DNA of 64,000 nt from the NCBI GenBank assembly GCA_963663965.2, contig CAXXFK010000040.1, positions 96,001 to 160,000 of the forward strand, read 5' to 3'. Source of the stretch: Sedimentisphaerales bacterium. Lineage in GTDB: Bacteria > Planctomycetota > Phycisphaerae > Sedimentisphaerales > SM23-30. Positions 57,153 to 64,000 of this stretch are shown here, piece by piece. Position 1 is the first letter of the stretch. Every line of letters begins with the position of its first letter. The position numbers and the translations under genes were made by a program. The notes beneath the pieces were generated by a model. It made no database searches and was not told where the DNA came from. It saw only the letters and a program-made list of their open reading frames with translations.

Positions 57153-58516
57153 TTATCCGAGATAAGCCTTTTGTTGCAGCAGGATTTCCTGAATTTTTTT
57201 GATTTCCGCTCGACGGGGCGGGCATTGCTGCTTAACCGCTACCGCGGCCGCCACCCCGGCGGCATGACCCGTCACAAAACAATTGGGAATCAGCCGCACC
57301 AGATCGGCCATCTGCATTTCCATACTGACACATCGCCCGGCCGCCAGCACATTATCCACTTTCTCCGGCACCAGCGCGCCATAGGGAATCTGCCATTCTC
57401 CATGTTCGGCATTAGACGCGCCGCCCACCCCCACCACATCCGGATATCGAATCCCCTGCTTAATCGCATCAAGGCGAATCCGATCCACGCCATCCAGCAC
57501 CCGCGTTATCCGAACTCCCAACTGCGGGGCGGTTTCCGTAAGATAAACTTTATCGTAGCCGGGCAGGCTCCGTTTCTTCTGGATATCCTGCCAGATAAAT
57601 TTCCGGTGGTTCATCTCCATCCGGGTCAGCGTCGCCAGATCCAGGCCATCCTCTTTCGGCCCGGTCAGGTTAACCCAGTTCACCCCGGATACCGGCGTAC
57701 GGCCGCCCATCCGGCGCGGCTGCGGCGTATCGCCGGCCTTCTCCCGGTCGATCCGGTCCAGGTTGCCGATCCGGCACACCAGCCCGATATTATGCATCCG
57801 ATGCTCGAACTCAGCCCCCGCCGCGGCAAAGATATCGCCATCCCCCGTCGCATCCACCACCACTCCGGCCCGAATCGCCTGACGACCGGCTTTACTTTCA
57901 AAAACCGCGCCCCGAACAACGTTATCCTGTACAATCGCGTTCACCCCCCAGCAATGCAAAAAGACCTCGATCCCCGCCTCTTCCACCATTTCCACCATCA
58001 GGTACTTGACCGCCTCGGCATCCACCGTCGGATTGCGGCCTTCCCGCCGGTCGATAATCGCCCCATCCATCTTATCCAGCCGCTGCATGATCTCCTCGCC
58101 AATCCCCTGACACACCTGCTTGGGCCCCTTGGCAATATGCCCCAGAATCAGCAGCACCAGCCCCCCTGTCCACAAACCCCCAAAATGGCCGTACCGCTCA
58201 ACCAGCGTCACCTTGCTGCCGGCCCGCGCCGCCGCCAGGGCCGCGCAGATACCCGCCGGCCCGCCGCCCACTACCAGCACATCCGTCTGGCTGAGCACCG
58301 GGATCTCCTGGCGCGGCTGAATAATCCTGCCATCACTGATAATCGCCGGCGACCCGTTATACTGAACCTTGTCTTTCGCGATCACCGAACTCTGAAACCC
58401 ACCCGATTCCCCCACACTCTGCCCCGGGCCCCCTCCGCGCCAATCACACCCGCAACAATACCAGAAACACCCAGATACCGCATCCAGTCTCGACGACTTA
58501 GCTTGTTCTCCATCAT
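57153..58516 (-). CDS. FAD-dependent oxidoreductase with Tat signal; signal peptide separated by a -1 frameshift near 58422-58425
   Basis: VGGGPAG, DATGDGD, IPYGALVP and LAAGRC. Upstream RBS and MMENKLSRRDWMRYLG join in frame if one G is added (...ARGQSVGESGG). Confidence 0.85.
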
Positions 58517-58570
58517 GATTTCCTCAGGTTAGAATAACACACATTTTAATCCAGACGTATATTTATATCG

Positions 58571-58652
58571 CGTAGGATGGGTAACCCCCGGTTACCCATG
58601 TCCTGGATCCGCCGTGGCGGGCTGATCTAACAAGCCTCGCCGTCAGGCGAAA
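58571..58652 (+). repeat. GTAG-type REP and flank, copy A
   Basis: CGTAGGATGGGTAACC-CCC-GGTTACCCATG; downstream CCTCGCCGTCAGGCGAAA. Confidence 0.8.
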
Positions 58653-58902
58653 CTTCATCTTCACATATCTCTCCGTCAACCGCTTCCCAATTCCATCCGC
58701 AATCCCAATCAAACGTGTCATAGCCGCCCTGCTTTGCATAACGATGGTATGTTGACCACTGCCATTCACCGGGCTGTTCGACATAGCCATGTCGAACCGG
58801 ATTAAAATGAATATAATGCAAATGCCTGTCATAGTCAAACGAGGACTTGTGTCGCACAAAAAAATATGGTATTATCCGGTTATCAACACTGTAAATGTAC
58901 AA
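58627..58902 (-). pseudogene. REP-associated tyrosine transposase (RAYT/IS200-like) remnant
   Basis: DYDRHLHYIHFNPVRHGYVEQPGEWQWSTYHRY is the RAYT C-terminal motif; the central HUH region is missing. Confidence 0.85.
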
Positions 58903-59047
58903 ACGACAGTCCTTTTACTTGTGTGATCGAGGCTTTAACCTGATTACAGTTGGCAATTTAGTCAACCTGCAAGCAATACATAAAAGCGTCATCTCAAGGC
59001 TTGTCTAGGTCTCCTGATTAAAAAATCATTATTACATAGGTTCAAAT

Positions 59048-59983
59048 ATGAAGGAATATGTAATTGCATTCATCGTTCTTATCTTAAGTTGTGGTTTTCT
59101 GTTTGCTGAAAGATCATACACTAATATCGATCTGGTTGGTAAGTACGAATTCCCTTTAATGCTGGGGGGCACTGTGGAATTTTGCGATAGTGGCATTTGT
59201 GTTATTACAATGTTCCCGCCACCACTTTCAGGCAAGGGCTCATTAGTAATCAAAGAAACATATAATGTTGTTGGGGATATCATCTACTTCGAAACGATTG
59301 AAAAAAATGGACTAGAAGGCGACCATAAGAAAAGCAAACAGCGGATTATCTCACTGAATGAGAAAGGCTTAAGTCTTATGGATTATTCAAGCGGTAATAC
59401 CAGACTTTACCGTAAATTGTCTGATATTCACATCAATAATTTAGATCCCAATGCTATCCAGGTTTCCGAAGAAAAAATTAAAGAACAGATTCTCGCGTGG
59501 CACATTGACCTTGCTTCGGAAGATGAGAAAATCAGGCTAAAAGCACTGGATCGTCTCAATCCGACATTGGATGATTTGAAAGGATTGCTGGGAGATGATG
59601 CAAAACTGATCTGGCCATTTATGGAGAAATGGCTCGTTCAGATGCGAAACAGTAGTGATGAAGTCCGGAAAGAACGCATCAAACATGGCCCGATCCAATC
59701 TATCATATTGATTAATATCCGGACTGACAAAGCCAGTCAGGTTTATGAAAGGGTATTAAAGCGGATCCCGAAATCAGTTCCGGTTTATCGGGTAGTAACT
59801 AAATATGAAAAAGCAACTACTGGCATCAGCACATTTGTTGTTGTCAACAAGAAACTCAAACTGATTAAAGGACTCGAGATAATGCCCGAAGTGATTGATA
59901 CAATACGTGAACAAAACAAGGATATCAACAAAGAAAGGGATTCTGGTGACCAACCAACGTCAGACTCCGGCAATGCTAAATAG
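59048..59983 (+). CDS. AT-rich secreted hypothetical protein
   Basis: 311-aa ORF with signal peptide; no family recognised. Confidence 0.7.
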   Translation: MKEYVIAFIVLILSCGFLFAERSYTNIDLVGKYEFPLMLGGTVEFCDSGICVITMFPPPLSGKGSLVIKETYNVVGDIIYFETIEKNGLEGDHKKSKQRIISLNEKGLSLMDYSSGNTRLYRKLSDIHINNLDPNAIQVSEEKIKEQILAWHIDLASEDEKIRLKALDRLNPTLDDLKGLLGDDAKLIWPFMEKWLVQMRNSSDEVRKERIKHGPIQSIILINIRTDKASQVYERVLKRIPKSVPVYRVVTKYEKATTGISTFVVVNKKLKLIKGLEIMPEVIDTIREQNKDINKERDSGDQPTSDSGNAK

Positions 59984-59988
59984 AAATT

Positions 59989-60048
59989 GCAAGATGGGTA
60001 ACCCTCGGTTAACCATCCCGACCTAAAAAACCTCACCGTCAGGCGAAA
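59989..60048 (+). repeat. Degenerate REP and flank, copy B
   Basis: GATGGGTAACCCTCGGTTAACCATC ... CCTCACCGTCAGGCGAAA. Confidence 0.75.
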
Positions 60049-60893
60049 GCTTTTTTAACTTCATTTTTTCGGCACATTCCGGCCGTAACCAGACACACAT
60101 AGCAACAACATAAGTCCAATGAAACCGTTTAAATTCATACCCATTCTTTATGCACCCTTTGATCAAATGAAACTTGCTTCATAACAATTCCCTTTGAGTA
60201 ACTATGGCCCGGCCCCAGCATCTATCCACGGCCAGAGTACTCTCGTTATTTCAAACTATTATACAACCCGCCCTCCTACAAACAAACATTTTTCCCGACA
60301 TCACCGGCAATCTCCCACACGACCACCCCAACACCACCTAATCGATTACTAACCAGATCGTTGCAAAAAAGTGCTGTTAAAATTCAGGCCATACTGTCGA
60401 ATATTCCCTTGCCATTTGAGTATGATATAAGGTCTTATAACTATGTAAAACCGCCTTTTTATGGTGGCACGTCACTTTTTAATCTTCCCGGCTGCTGCGG
60501 TTCGTTTGCCCCGGCATTTACACCAATGATTTACAAATGCATAACTGTCTGGAATATAATAGCTTGAATTCTGAAATGCCGTTTTTAAGGCAGATCGCTT
60601 TTAATGCTGATCTACAGAAATGGATCAGAAAAACAAGTTTCAATTCTGACATTAGGGGTATTATAAGACCGAATGCTTGAAAATATAAATAATGCTTGTG
60701 ATCGATGCGAAGTGTTTTATATCAGTTGGTTTTTGGAGTTGTTCGTGTGAATAAGATTTGTGTTAAGTGGTTATTAAGGGACGTCGATCTTTTACCAGAA
60801 CCTACAACATTCTCTTTGCGGACTCGTAGTCCGGCGACTCGTTGAATGTTTGTGTTAAAAAAACTATTAATAAAGATTATTTAGGAGATTCCC

Positions 60894-62105
60894 ATGAAGA
60901 ACGCATGTCGTGGAATGATGGTATTGGCGCTCATTGCTATTATGGCGTCCATGTTAACAGCACAATCTTCCGATGAACAGAAAGCGATCGAGCAGAAGAT
61001 TGCCGCTCTCAAGCAGTCGCTCCAGAAACAGATCAATGACAATGCGGACGTTTCACCCGAGATGAAGGAATTTTCCCGGGAAATTTTACTGCCATTGTGG
61101 CAGAACAAGATTTTTGTTGAACAAATCAAGGTTCAAAATGATAAGAAGGTTCCCTTGGATGATATCAAGACTCAGGATAAGACCTGGATTGAAGCTGAAG
61201 ATGAACTGCCTATTCACAAAGAAATGCTGGGCAACGCCTGCGCAAAGGAGATCAAGCGGATCGTCGCATTGATGCCCGCCATTGGCGAAACCTTTGTCAT
61301 GGACAATCAGGGAGCCAACGTGGGCCAGAACGCGCTGACCAGCGACTACTGGCAGGGCGATGAACCCAAATGGCAGCTGGCTTATAACGACGGCAAAGGT
61401 GGAATTGCCATTGAAAAGGAAAAACTGGACAAGTCAACCAATATTGTGGACCAGAAAATTTCCATTCCCGTTATCGATGAAAAAGGCGATGTGATCGGTG
61501 CGGTCTGTTTTGGTATCAACAAGGCATACGGCCAGGTGATCGGCAAGGTATTGGCCGGCATCAATCAATCCGACAAACTCAGTGACCCCGTGAAAAATTA
61601 CATCAAGGTGAATCTGATCCAGTTGTGCACCAACGCCACACTGGCAAGCGAAATCCAGGCACAGAACGCCAAGGGTTTGACTCTGGACCAGATTAAGGAA
61701 ACCGACCAGACCTGGATCAAGGCCGAAGATGAACTGCCCATCCACAAGGAAATGCTGGGCAACGCCTGTGCCCGGGAAATCATCCGGATAATCAAACTCA
61801 ATCCGGCCATTGTCGAGGCCTTTGCCATGGACAACCAGGGCGCCAATGTCGGGCTGAACGCGCTGACCAGCGATTACTGGCAGGGTGATGAACCCAAGTG
61901 GCAGAACTCTTTTAACAATGCCCAGGGTGGGATCGAAATCAGCAAAGTAGAGTTTGACAAATCCGCCAACGCCCAGCTTCAACAGGTTTCATTGCCGATC
62001 CTCGACGCCAAAGGTCAGGTGATCGGCGCTATTTGTACCGGTTTGAATACGGATGCCATCGGTACGCTGAAACTCGCAGCCGACTGGACCGTTGTCAGCC
62101 AGTAA
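60894..62105 (+). CDS. Secreted protein with two tandem PDC/Cache-like domains
   Basis: Signal peptide; MDNQGANVG.NALTSDYWQGDEPKWQ and Q.S.P..D..G.VIGA.C.G each occur twice. Confidence 0.8.
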   Translation: MKNACRGMMVLALIAIMASMLTAQSSDEQKAIEQKIAALKQSLQKQINDNADVSPEMKEFSREILLPLWQNKIFVEQIKVQNDKKVPLDDIKTQDKTWIEAEDELPIHKEMLGNACAKEIKRIVALMPAIGETFVMDNQGANVGQNALTSDYWQGDEPKWQLAYNDGKGGIAIEKEKLDKSTNIVDQKISIPVIDEKGDVIGAVCFGINKAYGQVIGKVLAGINQSDKLSDPVKNYIKVNLIQLCTNATLASEIQAQNAKGLTLDQIKETDQTWIKAEDELPIHKEMLGNACAREIIRIIKLNPAIVEAFAMDNQGANVGLNALTSDYWQGDEPKWQNSFNNAQGGIEISKVEFDKSANAQLQQVSLPILDAKGQVIGAICTGLNTDAIGTLKLAADWTVVSQ

Positions 62106-62133
62106 TTTCCATTTGAAAATTTGCCATTTATCG

Positions 62134-62166
62134 TCCGGCAGAAAACCTTAAAGGGTTTCTGCCGGA
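62134..62166 (+). terminator. Hairpin after the tandem PDC gene
   Basis: TCCGGCAGAAAACCTT-AA-AGGGTTTCTGCCGGA; no clear U-tract. Confidence 0.55.
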
Positions 62167-62204
62167 TATCCAGTGTATCAATTTATCAAGAGAATCGAAT
62201 GTTA

Positions 62205-62385
62205 GGAGCCGCGCATAAATAAATACTATATTTATCACACCACTTGTTGTCAGATTCAGTCGCGCCGATTGAGCGAAACCGCGGGCATAGCTATTATGCT
62301 ATGTCGAGGATTTCGCGATTGAGAAGCGACTGAAGATGACGGCAAGATGGGATGAGAAATGAAGGTGTTATTTTTGCGCGGTTCC
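62205..62385 (+). mobile_element. Palindromic MITE copy 3 (181 bp), TTA target duplication
   Basis: TTA at 62202-62204 and 62386-62388. Confidence 0.92.
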
Positions 62386-62413
62386 TTAGCAACTACCCGA
62401 AAGGATAAGGACC

Positions 62414-64000
62414 ATGACCGCCATTCAAGAGAGACAAGCAATGAATGCCAAGGAAAATTCGTCTATTCGCCAGGGACTGGGGATTAACGCGAAAATCGCA
62501 TTCCTGGCCGGAGTTCCCTGCCTGGCCCTGCTGGGCTTGGTGCTGGCCGGCGGATGGATGCTTTATCAATCTCAACGCAATCTCGATGCCATTGTCAACG
62601 ACCAGTTTGTCCAGTTGATTGACCAGAAGATCAGCCCCATGATCACCAACGATGTGCTGCCCCTGATTAACACCGATGTCGTCCAGTTGCGGGAAAAGCA
62701 GGATAGTATCAAATTGTTGATGGAAGCCGAAATTGCCGGACATCAGGCGGTGGGCGCGGAAAAACAGGCCTTGGTGGCCGACAATTCCGACGCGGCCAAG
62801 GCGGCCAATGAAGCCAACCTGTCTTATGTCAACGCCTTGGAGGAAAAAATCGGTCAGGCGGCGGCGTTCTTCACCTCCGATGAAGGCAAAGCCGGATTCG
62901 AAGCGCTAAGTAAAGCGTTTGCCGAGTGGAAAGAAAAAACCCGCAAAGTGATCGAACTGGCGGAAACTGGAAAGTTGAACTTTGCCAGAAAATCCAGCGA
63001 TGGCGGCTCGGCATTTCAGACCTTCGAAACACTTTTGGCCGGCTTTAATACGCTCAAGCAGCTGCAGGAGGCCAGTATCCAGACGGCCATGCAACAGGTC
63101 CAGGAAAAGCGGGCCGTGGTCAATCAGGAAGAAAAAGCCATTGCCGACAACAAAACTCAGGTATTGGCTCATACCGCCGAAATCCAGGACCGGAACGACG
63201 CCGCCATCTGGTCTTTTATTGGGGGTGGATTGATCGCTGTCGTCAGTGCGGTTATTTTGGCGTTTGTCATTGGTCGTTCCATCTCCCACCCGATTCGCAA
63301 AGTGACCTTGATGATCAAGGATATCGCCCAGGGTGAAGGCGACCTGACACACCGATTACGGATCAGGAGTCGCGATGAAATCGGTGAGATGGCCGGTTGG
63401 TTCAATATATTTGTTGAAAAATTGCAATCGATTATCAGTCGGATCGCGGCAAACGCCCAAACGTTGTCGCAGTCTGCCGAAGAATTGTCCTCAACGGCAA
63501 ATCATCTGGCCAGCGATACCAATGAAATGAGCAGTCAATCCTCCACGGTGGCGGCGGCGGCCGAACAGCTTACCCTGAATATCGATTCAATGGCCACCAC
63601 CGGCGAGGAAATGTCCAACAATATCAAATCGATCGCTTCGGCGGTAGAAGAGATGACCGCCAGTATTACTGAGGTGGCCCGTAATGCCGAACAAGCCTCC
63701 CAGGTTGCCAATGAAGCGTCTAATCTGGCCCAGTCCAGCGATAAAAAGATCGGACAGCTGGGCGAGGCGGCTGAGGCCATCGGCCGGGTGATTGAAGTGA
63801 TTCAGGACATTGCCGAACAGACCAACCTGCTGGCCCTGAATGCGACCATCGAGGCCGCCCGGGCCGGTGAGTCTGGCAAAGGATTTGCCGTGGTGGCCAA
63901 CGAGGTCAAAGAACTGGCGCGCCAGACCGCCCAGGCTACGGATGATATCAGCAAACGGATTATCGCCATCCAGAATTCCACCTCCGATTCCATCGATTCG
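62414..64000 (+). CDS. Methyl-accepting chemotaxis protein (runs off the window end; absent from the ORF track)
   Basis: [18 protein letters not shown]..., two TMs, HAMP (GDLT.R....[11 protein letters not shown]) and [37 protein letters not shown]. Confidence 0.95.
   Translation, partial: MTAIQERQAMNAKENSSIRQGLGINAKIAFLAGVPCLALLGLVLAGGWMLYQSQRNLDAIVNDQFVQLIDQKISPMITNDVLPLINTDVVQLREKQDSIKLLMEAEIAGHQAVGAEKQALVADNSDAAKAANEANLSYVNALEEKIGQAAAFFTSDEGKAGFEALSKAFAEWKEKTRKVIELAETGKLNFARKSSDGGSAFQTFETLLAGFNTLKQLQEASIQTAMQQVQEKRAVVNQEEKAIADNKTQVLAHTAEIQDRNDAAIWSFIGGGLIAVVSAVILAFVIGRSISHPIRKVTLMIKDIAQGEGDLTHRLRIRSRDEIGEMAGWFNIFVEKLQSIISRIAANAQTLSQSAEELSSTANHLASDTNEMSSQSSTVAAAAEQLTLNIDSMATTGEEMSNNIKSIASAVEEMTASITEVARNAEQASQVANEASNLAQSSDKKIGQLGEAAEAIGRVIEVIQDIAEQTNLLALNATIEAARAGESGKGFAVVANEVKELARQTAQATDDISKRIIAIQNSTSDSIDS

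Overview
GC-heterogeneous 64-kb bacterial chromosomal window. The gene content points to a planctomycete, probably an anaerobic Phycisphaerae/Sedimentisphaerales-like organism (inference). It includes two DUF1559-type prepilin-like genes, LamG/GLUG proteins with dockerin-like tails, PEP-CTERM proteins, a Tat sulfatase and two BlaI + M56 pairs. Most genes are secreted carbohydrate or ester-degrading enzymes, regulators and a chemoreceptor. No rRNA, tRNA, cas genes or canonical CRISPR array were seen. The non-coding and mobile DNA is the most interesting part. (1) An orphan consensus sigma70 promoter plus a boxA-like antitermination site reads into an ORF-less, G-poor array of CCAAACGAACCCAA-type repeats with ~80-bp period (11.9-12.45 kb). 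(2) An array of three AT-rich putative immunity genes is interleaved with Rhs-core stubs and REP-like repeats (8.9-11.4 kb). (3) A ~180-bp palindromic MITE occurs in three full copies, each with a TTA duplication; one splits a POTRA gene and one supplies a transporter's stop codon. (4) There is also an isolated 3' remnant of rho, an IS1634 element, a RAYT remnant with GTAG-type REPs, and a duplicated ~130-nt non-coding motif. Three genes are split by apparent single-base homopolymer deletions, probably sequencing artefacts. All calls come from reading the sequence by eye; no searches were run.
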